Shown piece after piece: positions 27,788 through 35,814 of a stretch of DNA of 42,515 nt. Below the pieces are notes generated by a model. The model did no database searches and was not told where the DNA came from. It worked only from the letters and a program-made list of their open reading frames with translations. Source of the stretch: Candidatus Micrarchaeia archaeon (GTDB lineage: Archaea; Micrarchaeota; Micrarchaeia; Micrarchaeales; Micrarchaeaceae); assembly GCA_049964795.1 (NCBI GenBank), contig JBMFWY010000007.1, forward strand, positions 1-42,515, written 5' to 3'. Made by a program: the position numbers and the translations under genes. How positions within the stretch are numbered: position 1 is the stretch's first letter; the number at the start of each line of letters is the position of its first letter.

Positions 27788-28777
27788 ATGACAAGTGTTG
27801 TTGGTCTAAAGCTGAGGATGTATATAACCCTGCTTCTTGTGTTCGCAATAGGGTTTGGAATAATATATGCGATAATGCTATACCTTGGTTTAGGGTTTAG
27901 CGCCATAATAATTTTTGCCCTGCTGTTTTTCGTGGCACAATGGTACTTCTCACCTTCATTGATGAAGCTTGGAATGCACCTGCACTATCTTGAGCCCGGC
28001 GAACGTCGCGATATACAGAAAATGGTAAAGTCTCTTTCAGAGCAGGCTCACGTGCCAATGCCAAAAATTGCAATAGCCCCTATAAAAGAGCCAAACGCTT
28101 TTGTCTTCGGCAGGACAGTCAAAAGCGCTACCTTGGTAATCCACCAGGGCCTTTTGGACAAGCTAAATGACTCGGAGCTCAAAGCAGTGCTAGCACACGA
28201 GATAGGGCATCTTAAGCACTCAGACATAGTTGTAATGGCAATAGTAGCATTCATACCTGCGCTGGCGCTAATGATATCGCAGCAGCTGTTCTTCAGGAGC
28301 GTCTTTGGCGGTTATGGAGGAAATAGAAACAATGGCGCAGCAATTGCGTTGATCGGCATTGCTGCGTTTCTTGTCTACCTCGTAGCGCAGCTGCTGGTGC
28401 TCTCGCTCTCAAGGGCGCGCGAGTCGTTTGCAGACAGCCATTCGGCTAGCACCACAAGGAAGCCAGAAGATTTGGCAAGAGCACTTATCAAGATAACTGC
28501 AAGCAATACCGCGGCAGTAAGCACTACGCCAAGCTCCGCGCCTGCACGCAGCCTTTACATAGTAGACTTTTTCAATGCAAGGAAAGACATAGCCGAGCTG
28601 GAGGCCCATGCCGAAGATGTAAAGAAGCTCTTGCCAGAGCTGGATGTGGAACGCTTTATAAAAGAAGCAAAGAGCTCCGAAGGCAGGCATGCATTGAGCA
28701 TCGCAAGCCTCTTTTCAACGCATCCCTCTACTTACAGGCGCATACTCGATCTTGCCGCAGCGAAGAAAAACCTCTGA
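27788..28777 (+). CDS. htpX: M48 zinc metalloprotease HtpX
   Basis: PNAF, HEIGH, SR.RE..AD, FSTHP motifs and 4 TM helices. Confidence 0.93.
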   Translation: MTSVVGLKLRMYITLLLVFAIGFGIIYAIMLYLGLGFSAIIIFALLFFVAQWYFSPSLMKLGMHLHYLEPGERRDIQKMVKSLSEQAHVPMPKIAIAPIKEPNAFVFGRTVKSATLVIHQGLLDKLNDSELKAVLAHEIGHLKHSDIVVMAIVAFIPALALMISQQLFFRSVFGGYGGNRNNGAAIALIGIAAFLVYLVAQLLVLSLSRARESFADSHSASTTRKPEDLARALIKITASNTAAVSTTPSSAPARSLYIVDFFNARKDIAELEAHAEDVKKLLPELDVERFIKEAKSSEGRHALSIASLFSTHPSTYRRILDLAAAKKNL

Positions 28778-28797
28778 AGCGCTGCGCATTTTCTTCG

Positions 28798-29850
28798 CTA
28801 TCTTGATATGGAGAAATCGAGCACTACCTCCTCTTCAACAGCAGAATACGGCCTAACGACGCGCATGAATTTCAGCGAAGCCTCAGCGCCTTGCTTTCTT
28901 ATTTCTTTTGCTATCTCTTTTGCCGCTTCCTTGCCTTTGCCTATCCTGCAGAAAGTGTAGATGTGCAGCATAGCTTGTTTTTTGGAAACTGCAACAGCCT
29001 CTTTTATAAATTGCTTTGACGATTTTGGCAAAGGCATCACTACCCTATCTGCAATGCCTAGATAATGCTTGTATACCTTGCTGACGTCGCCCAATACCGC
29101 GCTTGCGTTTTTGAGATTGTTTAACTCTATATTCCTCTTCATGTAGCTATATGCGCTCCTGTTCAGCTCTATGCCTATTACGTGCGAGCTCCTATGGGCT
29201 TTTGCAATCTCCAGCACAAAAGGCCCTACGCCCGCGAACATAACAATTACCCTCTCTCCATCCTTGGCAATTTTTGCTATCCTGGATCTCTCGTATGATA
29301 GCCTGTTTGAGAAAAACGCCTTTCTTACGTCAAACAGCATCGTACAGCCGTTCTCTACGTATCTTGCTATGAAACTCCTTTTTCCCGCAATATAGCTTAC
29401 TTCTCTTGTCCTATACCTGCCAGACACAGGGCCTGCCTTTTCAAGCACAGTCTCCACATGCGCATTTGCTTCAAGTATTGCTTTTGCTATATCTTTCTTT
29501 CTCTTGCTAAGGCTTTCTGGAATCTCTACAAGCGCTATGTTGCCAAGCAAATCGTAGCCTTTCACAAGTTTTTTCAGCTCTTCTTGGCCTATCCTGCTTT
29601 TCAATATGCTGTAATAATCCTGGCTTGCCTGTTTTTTCTTACCTCCTAGCATTACTATGCGCAAATCCTCTCTTTCAAGAAGCTTTTTAATTCTTTCATT
29701 TTCAATATCTAACACAGGAAACAAGACATAGCTTGAGCTATGCTCTACATATCTCTGCCTGTCGATAAGCCCATTTCGCATCAGCAGCTTTTTTGCCTTT
29801 TCGGCAGCTTCTTTGTGCACTTTTACGAATGGGGTTTTGGCAGGGTGCAT
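28798..29850 (-). CDS. Trm5/Taw2-family (Met_10) tRNA methyltransferase
   Basis: D.LGNIA, G.YR.R, ENG, FFS.RL..ER, MFAGVGPF, IELN motifs. Confidence 0.85.
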   Translation of the reverse strand: MHPAKTPFVKVHKEAAEKAKKLLMRNGLIDRQRYVEHSSSYVLFPVLDIENERIKKLLEREDLRIVMLGGKKKQASQDYYSILKSRIGQEELKKLVKGYDLLGNIALVEIPESLSKRKKDIAKAILEANAHVETVLEKAGPVSGRYRTREVSYIAGKRSFIARYVENGCTMLFDVRKAFFSNRLSYERSRIAKIAKDGERVIVMFAGVGPFVLEIAKAHRSSHVIGIELNRSAYSYMKRNIELNNLKNASAVLGDVSKVYKHYLGIADRVVMPLPKSSKQFIKEAVAVSKKQAMLHIYTFCRIGKGKEAAKEIAKEIRKQGAEASLKFMRVVRPYSAVEEEVVLDFSISR

Positions 29851-29987
29851 AGTACCAGCTTATTTATTGTTTGCCGCAACAATATAATAGATTTGCATCG
29901 CAATTTGCATTGCATCTAATCAATTGTGCCAAATGTACAAGTGCATGATTGCTGTTGCATCATAAAATCTAAAGGTTAAAAGGTGCT

Positions 29988-30452
29988 TTGGTGTATTTCG
30001 TAGCAAAAGTGACTTCGGGGCAGGAGCGCGTCATAGCAAACATGCTGCAGAACAAGGCGAGCAAGTTTGGCAGCACAATCTACTCTATAATAGTGGTAGA
30101 AGGGATGCGCGGTTATATAATAATAGAAGCTGAAGATGAAATGGCTTGCAGGAACTTCATAACAAAGGAGAAGAATATACACGGAATTCTTCCAAAGCCG
30201 CTTGCGGAAGAGGAGGTCAACAAGCTGATAGAAGTTAAGACGCTTGCGCCTGAGATAGCAAAAGATGACACAATCGAGTTTGTTTCAGGGCCGTTCAAGG
30301 GCTACAAGGCAAAAGTTATAAAGGTTGACGAAGCAAAAGGTGACGTTACTGTTGAGCTTATGGATGTCGTTGTGCCAATTCCAATAACAACAAAGCTCAA
30401 TACAGCAAGAGTTGTCGAAAAGGCGCATGTGCCAGAAAGCGAAAAGGTGTGA
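29988..30452 (+). CDS. spt5: Transcription elongation factor Spt5/NusG
   Basis: T.GQE, GYI.IEA, KOW motif GPFKG..AKV; upstream of uL11. Confidence 0.95.
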   Translation: MVYFVAKVTSGQERVIANMLQNKASKFGSTIYSIIVVEGMRGYIIIEAEDEMACRNFITKEKNIHGILPKPLAEEEVNKLIEVKTLAPEIAKDDTIEFVSGPFKGYKAKVIKVDEAKGDVTVELMDVVVPIPITTKLNTARVVEKAHVPESEKV

Positions 30453-30454
30453 AA

Positions 30455-30922
30455 ATGGCAGAAGTTGTAGTTTCAGGTTTAGTGGAAGGGGGAAAGGCAA
30501 CAAGCGGTCCGCCTTTCGGCCCTGCACTCGGGCCCTTAGGAGTGAACATAAGTGCGATAGTAGGAGAGATCAACAAGCAGACCGCAGCTTTTGCGGGAAT
30601 AAAGATACCTGTAAAGGTATATGTAGACAATACTACAAAACAGTACCGCGTTGAAATAGGTTCCCCCACAACAAGCGCGCTTATACTAAAGGAGCTTGGC
30701 ATTCCCTCCGGCGCAAAGACAAAAGATGAAACCGTAGGAAATCTTACGCTGGAGCAAGTGAAGAAAATTGCATCCCTCAAGGAAGCAAAGCTTTACGGCA
30801 AAAGCACAAAAGAGCGCGTGAAGCAGGTGCTTGGCACGTGCAAGAGCATGGGCGTTACATGCGAAGGCCAGAACCCGAAAGAGGTAATAAAGAAAATAGA
30901 CAGCGGAGAGATAGCGCTCTGA
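30455..30922 (+). CDS. rpl11: 50S ribosomal protein L11 (uL11)
   Basis: GGKAT.GPP.GPALGPLG, GTCKSMG. Confidence 0.97.
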   Translation: MAEVVVSGLVEGGKATSGPPFGPALGPLGVNISAIVGEINKQTAAFAGIKIPVKVYVDNTTKQYRVEIGSPTTSALILKELGIPSGAKTKDETVGNLTLEQVKKIASLKEAKLYGKSTKERVKQVLGTCKSMGVTCEGQNPKEVIKKIDSGEIAL

Positions 30923-31647
30923 AAAGCACCGATCTCCGGAAGTCGCTTGCCATTGCCTATGCGTCCAAGAATCCTATTTCTTTGTACAAGGCGTTGAGAA
31001 AGCGCTTCGGTTTCCTTCACTGGTGGCCAGGCGAAACAAAGCTAGAAATACTCGTAGGAGCAGTTCTTACGCAGCAAACCTCTTGGAAAAACGTAGAGAA
31101 AGCGATAGCCGAGCTTAAGAAAGCCAACTGCATTGATTTGGAATGTTTGGCAAGGATAAATGTGCACAAGCTGGAAAAGCTCATAAGGCAAAGCGGATTC
31201 TACCGGCAGAAAGCCGCAAGGCTGAAAGGCATATGCTCCTACATCTATCGCAATTATCAAGGCTTGGACAAGCTTTTTGAAAAAGATCCGCAAGAGCTTA
31301 GGAAGGAGCTCTTGAGCTTGAATGGAATAGGCAAGGAGACTGCGGACTCTATAATACTTTATTCCGCAGAGAAGCCCGTCTTTGTGATCGATGCATACAC
31401 GCGCAGGTCAATGTCGCGGATTACCGGAGGCGCGATAAGCGAAGATGTAGACTATGACGCGTTGCGCATTTACTTCGAATCTAGTATACCAAAAGAGCTT
31501 AGCCTTTACAAGGATTTTCACGCCCAATTTGTCGAATTGGGCAAGAACTATTGCAGAACAAAGCCGCTATGCGAAGAGTGTCCTCTAAATAGCCTATGCC
31601 ATTACTACGCAAAAGCATCGCAGCAAAGTCTAGCAATAAAAAAGTAG
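30919..31647 (+). CDS. Endonuclease III-related HhH-GPD glycosylase with Fe-S cluster
   Basis: WWP.E...EI..GAVLTQQT.W, SGFYRQKA, GIGKETADSI, IDAY, four C-terminal Cys; start uncertain (CTG overlapping the rpl11 stop, or a later TTG). Confidence 0.85.
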   Translation: MKSTDLRKSLAIAYASKNPISLYKALRKRFGFLHWWPGETKLEILVGAVLTQQTSWKNVEKAIAELKKANCIDLECLARINVHKLEKLIRQSGFYRQKAARLKGICSYIYRNYQGLDKLFEKDPQELRKELLSLNGIGKETADSIILYSAEKPVFVIDAYTRRSMSRITGGAISEDVDYDALRIYFESSIPKELSLYKDFHAQFVELGKNYCRTKPLCEECPLNSLCHYYAKASQQSLAIKK

Positions 31648-31753
31648 TCGTATAGTTTAAAACCTGCCTTGCGCAATAAACGTATGAAGTTATTTATAGA
31701 TTGTTTTTCAAAATACTTTGCTGTGTTTATTCGCGCAAATGCGTGGATTTTTC

Positions 31754-31873
31754 GGCGGGGTAGCTCAGCCTGGTGGAGCGCTAGACTCATATCAAAGAAT
31801 TATGAGTGATGAGCCTAAAAGGCTATGACGAGAAATCTAGAGGCCGTGGGTTCAAACCCCACCCCCGCCACCA
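31754..31873 (+). tRNA. tRNA-Met(CAT), probably elongator, with a 43-nt intron at 37/38 and encoded CCA
   Basis: Exon 1 31754-31791, exon 2 31835-31873; acceptor GGCGGGG/CCCCGCC, anticodon arm CTAGA-CTCATA^A-TCTAG, T arm GTGGG-TTCAAAC-CCCAC. Confidence 0.93.
31792..31834 (+). ncRNA. tRNA intron with box C/D-like K-turn and guide complementary to the spliced anticodon loop
   Basis: Guide ATTATGAGT 31799-31807, D-like ATGA 31809-31812, stem GCCT-AAA-AGGC, C-like ATGACGA 31825-31831. Confidence 0.7.
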
Positions 31874-32031
31874 TTTGTCTTTTTTGTTTTTTGCCGCTTC
31901 CTATGCGTTGCAGAAGCGCTATCTAATTAGATGTGCATCGAAGGAATGGCGGAATAGGAACAGGAAGACATAGCAGCATAGGTAATGCATGCTACGCTAT
32001 TTTGATTGGCAAGGCCGCAGTTGTGCAAAGT

Positions 32032-32283
32032 TTAGGATTCCTTCCTCTGGATCTCCAAATCTATCCTATTAAATACGATGCCCATTCCTGTGACGAACGC
32101 ACCTGCCATCATTACAAAGTATCCAGGTGCGCTGAGATTATGTTCAGGTATGAGCGCAGCCGAAGTGAAAAGCGCTGCGGCAGTAGACAGCATGCCAACG
32201 CCCGCATAAAAAATGAAATTTCTTCTAGGCTTTTCCTCCTGATTTTGTTCTCCCTTATTCTCCGCGGTTTTTGTAGCGAACAT
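32032..32283 (-). CDS. Small hypothetical membrane protein (2 TM)
   Basis: MFATK... charged N-terminus then two hydrophobic helices; AT-rich TATA-like sequence upstream. Confidence 0.55.
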   Translation of the reverse strand: MFATKTAENKGEQNQEEKPRRNFIFYAGVGMLSTAAALFTSAALIPEHNLSAPGYFVMMAGAFVTGMGIVFNRIDLEIQRKES

Positions 32284-32528
32284 TTTAATCGCAATAAAAA
32301 GGTGCAAAGGAGATATTTATACCTTTGCAAGCCGCGAAATTGCCTAAAAAATCAAAGCGGGTGCGAAAAATATTGCAGCATCAATAAAGCCTAAGTATAG
32401 CGTCTCTTACGCTTCTTATGCTATTATTATGTATAAAATTTTTGGCTTATGCGAATAGGTGTTGGGCAACGCCATCCTGTTTTTGTTATAATCTATAAGC
32501 ACGGAGGGCTTTGCCAGAGAGAAGCAGT

Positions 32529-32755
32529 GTGGCAGGCAATAGCCCCCTTTTTGTTTTAGGCAGCATTCGTCTAAGCGGCTTAAAGCCTTGCGTACGCCAT
32601 GCACATCGGCACGTTTCATCCGCACCGGCGCGCTCGTAGTGTCATCGCTTTGTGCGCCGCAGCGGTTTCGTTTCTGATCCGAATACGCCCTTGAGGCGTG
32701 CATGAAAATGGTACGAGGGGAGCTTCCTCCTTTCGGTAAGCTGCCCGCCTGCCAC
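32529..32755 (-). ncRNA. rnpB: RNase P RNA (compact, 227 nt)
   Basis: P1 GTGGCAGGC/GCCTGCCAC; CR-I GAGGAAGCTCCCC; CR-II CAGAAA; CR-III TGAAAC; CR-IV AGACGAAT; CR-V ACAAAAAGGGGGCTA; TATAAA about 25 nt upstream. Confidence 0.92.
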
Positions 32756-32908
32756 GTTCCAATTTTATCCTGCAAACTATTTATAGATTTTTATATGGCG
32801 ATGAGCACGCATGCGTGGCTTAAGCCTGCAATCTTTGGCATCTCCAACACCAAAACGAAAAAATACCGAAAGCCTTTTTTATCTTGCCAGAGATATGTAA
32901 TAGATTCA

Positions 32909-33196
32909 ATGGTGTTCGGGATAAGTCTTGGGAGTGCAACTGTGAGCGAGATAATACTTTTCGTGCTCATAGCAGTTGTGTTATTTGTAATATTCAAGAT
33001 AGGCAAGGCAATATTGAAGCTGCTTTTTGGAATACTTGCCAACAGCATTCTCGGCATAGTCTCTATATTCGTGCTGGACTACGTGTTCGGCATGGGCATT
33101 CAGATAAAGACTTATGTGCTGCTTGCGGCAGCGCTCTTTGGCTTGCCCGCAGTGGGCACCTTTGTTATACTGCGGCTTTTCGGCGTGCCTATATAA
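32909..33196 (+). CDS. BofA-like small membrane protein
   Basis: 95 aa, three hydrophobic segments, N.ILG and FGLP.VG motifs; the longer ORF from 32702 overlaps rnpB and is rejected. Confidence 0.75.
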   Translation: MVFGISLGSATVSEIILFVLIAVVLFVIFKIGKAILKLLFGILANSILGIVSIFVLDYVFGMGIQIKTYVLLAAALFGLPAVGTFVILRLFGVPI

Positions 33197-33259
33197 GCCT
33201 GTCAGGCAAGCTCTCGCTGCGCTTTATACCTTCTTGCATGCTTAGTCAAATAATTGCTC

Positions 33260-33457
33260 CTAGGAATAGGCAAGCTTTATATCAGAAGGCTCAAGGGTTT
33301 TTCGCTTTGCATGCTTGGCAAGGCTAACCGATTTGCCAGCTATCTCATATGCAATCTTGTTTATGCTTTCGTAAAAGGCTGCAAGCGCCTCGTCGCTTAT
33401 GCGCGTTGCCCCTGCTTCCTTAAGTATTTTTTTAGCTGTAGATTTGGAGATGTACAA
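33260..33457 (-). CDS. Archaeal histone (HMf-like)
   Basis: K.ILKEAGA.RIS.EA...LAKHAKRKT....DIKLA; AGGTG RBS with TTG start. Confidence 0.93.
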   Translation of the reverse strand: MYISKSTAKKILKEAGATRISDEALAAFYESINKIAYEIAGKSVSLAKHAKRKTLEPSDIKLAYS

Positions 33458-33531
33458 GAAAGCACCTGATTAGATTTGGCAGTTTGCTTTATATTGCTTC
33501 CCTTGCCGCGCTGTTTTGCGGAATTCCACTG

Positions 33532-35649
33532 TCAAATAAACTGCTCGAAAACCTTTTGCGTTACCTCTTTTCCAAGTATCTTTTCAACCTTTTCCCTGTT
33601 TTCTTTTAATTCCGCAACGCTTTTTATGCCGTTATTGTAAAGCATGCGCGCTCTTACTCTACCTATCTGCTGCAGCCTTACCAAGTCGAGCAGCTCCTCC
33701 TTTATGCCGTACTTTATCCTTACCCTTACGTCGGTTATCTCCCTAACGCTTGCCTTAACCAGACGGGCAAGCTCGGAAGCAGAGTAGGCTATCCAGTCCG
33801 CAATGGAAAGCTTGGAGTACAATGCACCTGGGGTAGTTGAATATTTCATTATAATCTCGTCTTCCCTTGCCTCGTTGATCCAGTCGTATAGCATAAGCGC
33901 TGTAGAGAAGGCACCAACCGGATCGTAGTAGCCAAGCTCCGATTCTTCATAGTCCTGCTCTATCGCTTTGTGCATGTGCCTGTAGTGCACATACATGCTT
34001 TCCGCCTCTTCGGTTGCTCGCACGTAAGGCCTCATCTCCAGCGTGTTCGCGAGCATGTATAGCAAGCCGAGCAAATCCTGCTTCCTGCCGAGCGCCTCTA
34101 TCATCCATCTTGCCGAAAGCGGATCTATATACAGCTCGCTTACTCTTTTTCCTATGCGTGTTGCGAAGAATTTGCTGCTGCGTGCCTCTATGAAATTCCA
34201 GTCTTCCAGGTCTTGAAGCACTTCCCTTACGACTTCCCTTATGTGCCTGCTGCTGCCGTACTGGTAGCCATAAAAGGTCTTGAGCATGAACTCTTCAAGC
34301 GCCGTTTCGCTGTTTAAGAAGTCCTCTGCGATGAAGGCTAGCACGTGCATGCGCATTATAGGGGCCATTCCGAGGCTTGAATCAACAGGCTCGGGCTTTG
34401 CTTCAATATAGCGTTCCGCAAGCTCTCTCGCGTTTTCCTTGCTCTTGGCTATGAGCAGTGCCCTGCCTTCTTTGTCATAGCTAGGCCTTCCTGCCCTTCC
34501 AAAAAGCTGGAGCACCTCGTTGACGCCAAGCCTCTCAGAGCCGTATCCGTTGCTGTACCTGCTTGTGTCCTTTACAAGCACCGTATGCGCAGGCGTGTTT
34601 ATTCCGAGCGCGAGCGTTGTTGTCGAGCATATTACCTTTATCAAGCCTCTCCTGAATGCTTCTTCTATGAGCCACCTCTGCTCGTTCAGCAAGCCTGCAT
34701 GGTGAAATGCTACTCCTTTGGCTACAAGCGCGGCAAGCTTTTTGCATTGTTCCGTAGGCCTTTGCAAAACATTCATTACCGCTTCTGAAAGCTCCGCGAG
34801 CTTCTTCTTTTCCTCTTCTGTTAGCTTGCCGCTTACCAATGTTGAAATCCTTGTGGCTCCAGATTCAGCATTGCGTTTTGTAGCGTAGAAAACCAGCACC
34901 TGTTTTTTTATGTGGAGGGTGTCTTCTACAACCATAAGTTCAGGAAGCTCTTCGTTAGAGTTTAACTCTTCCTCTGCTTGCCCGCCTTCATAAATATAGA
35001 ATACTCTTTTTCCGCTTACCACTCCCTTTTTCAGCGGCACAGGCCTGTAGTCGCTTTTTACAAGTTTTGCCGAAAGCCATTCCGCAATCTCCTCTGCATT
35101 TCCTATTGTTGCACTCAGCGCCACTATCTGCGACCTTGTCGTGTCCTTCAATTTGGTAATAAGCAGTTCAAGTGTCGGCCCGCGCGAAGCATCGCCTATC
35201 ATATGTACTTCATCAAAGATGATGCACCCTATCGAATCGAGCCAGTTTATTCCGTGCCTGATCAAGCTGTCAAACTTTTCCGTAGACATGAATATAAGCT
35301 CGAATTCTGCAAGCCACGGGTCATTTGAGTCCAAGTCCCCTATTGAAATGGCGCTTTTTATGTAAGGGTAGCTTTTCTTGAACTCCTCAAATTTTTCAGA
35401 GACAAGCGCACGCATAGGCGCAACGTAAATCGCTTTTGTGCCTTTTGAAAGTATTGTGTTTATCGCGGCAATTTCTGCTATGAGGGTCTTGCCGCTGGCC
35501 GTAGGCGAAGCTACTACAATGTTTTCGCCCTCAAGAAGACCGTTTTTCAAGGCAAGCTCCTGCGGGGGAGTGAATGAATTTATGCCGCGCCTTGCAAGCG
35601 ACTCCGCTATCTCTCGGGAGGCTTTGCCCTGCAAATATGTCAAGTCCAT
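33532..35649 (-). CDS. hel308: Ski2-like DNA helicase Hel308/Hjm
   Basis: PTASGKT, DEVH, LSAT, FHHAGL, GRAGRP, SELYIDP, IGRVRAR.LY. Confidence 0.95.
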   Translation of the reverse strand: MDLTYLQGKASREIAESLARRGINSFTPPQELALKNGLLEGENIVVASPTASGKTLIAEIAAINTILSKGTKAIYVAPMRALVSEKFEEFKKSYPYIKSAISIGDLDSNDPWLAEFELIFMSTEKFDSLIRHGINWLDSIGCIIFDEVHMIGDASRGPTLELLITKLKDTTRSQIVALSATIGNAEEIAEWLSAKLVKSDYRPVPLKKGVVSGKRVFYIYEGGQAEEELNSNEELPELMVVEDTLHIKKQVLVFYATKRNAESGATRISTLVSGKLTEEEKKKLAELSEAVMNVLQRPTEQCKKLAALVAKGVAFHHAGLLNEQRWLIEEAFRRGLIKVICSTTTLALGINTPAHTVLVKDTSRYSNGYGSERLGVNEVLQLFGRAGRPSYDKEGRALLIAKSKENARELAERYIEAKPEPVDSSLGMAPIMRMHVLAFIAEDFLNSETALEEFMLKTFYGYQYGSSRHIREVVREVLQDLEDWNFIEARSSKFFATRIGKRVSELYIDPLSARWMIEALGRKQDLLGLLYMLANTLEMRPYVRATEEAESMYVHYRHMHKAIEQDYEESELGYYDPVGAFSTALMLYDWINEAREDEIIMKYSTTPGALYSKLSIADWIAYSASELARLVKASVREITDVRVRIKYGIKEELLDLVRLQQIGRVRARMLYNNGIKSVAELKENREKVEKILGKEVTQKVFEQFI

Positions 35650-35814
35650 GAACACCGCGTTATATATAAGCAAGATAAGGTTAAAGTTTTTATTAGTGAA
35701 TATTCAATAGGGTAGTATTTAGCCTCGCGCAAAGAGCAAATCCGCAAAATCGATCAATGCAAAAAGGTATGAACAAGCATGTGCAAACTAGCTGCCAGCA
35801 AGCAAGGTGTAGAT

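Noticed and set aside
31754-31873. Initiator tRNA-Met or tRNA-Ile2 identity
   Set aside because: No A1-U72 pair or three consecutive G-C anticodon-stem pairs of initiators; G2-C71/C3-G70 and the 37/38 intron fit elongator Met better, though Ile2 cannot be excluded absolutely
32416-32908. ORF 32416..32775(-) and the 5' extension of ORF 32702..33196(+)
   Set aside because: They overlap the RNase P RNA and its promoter and have no protein-like features
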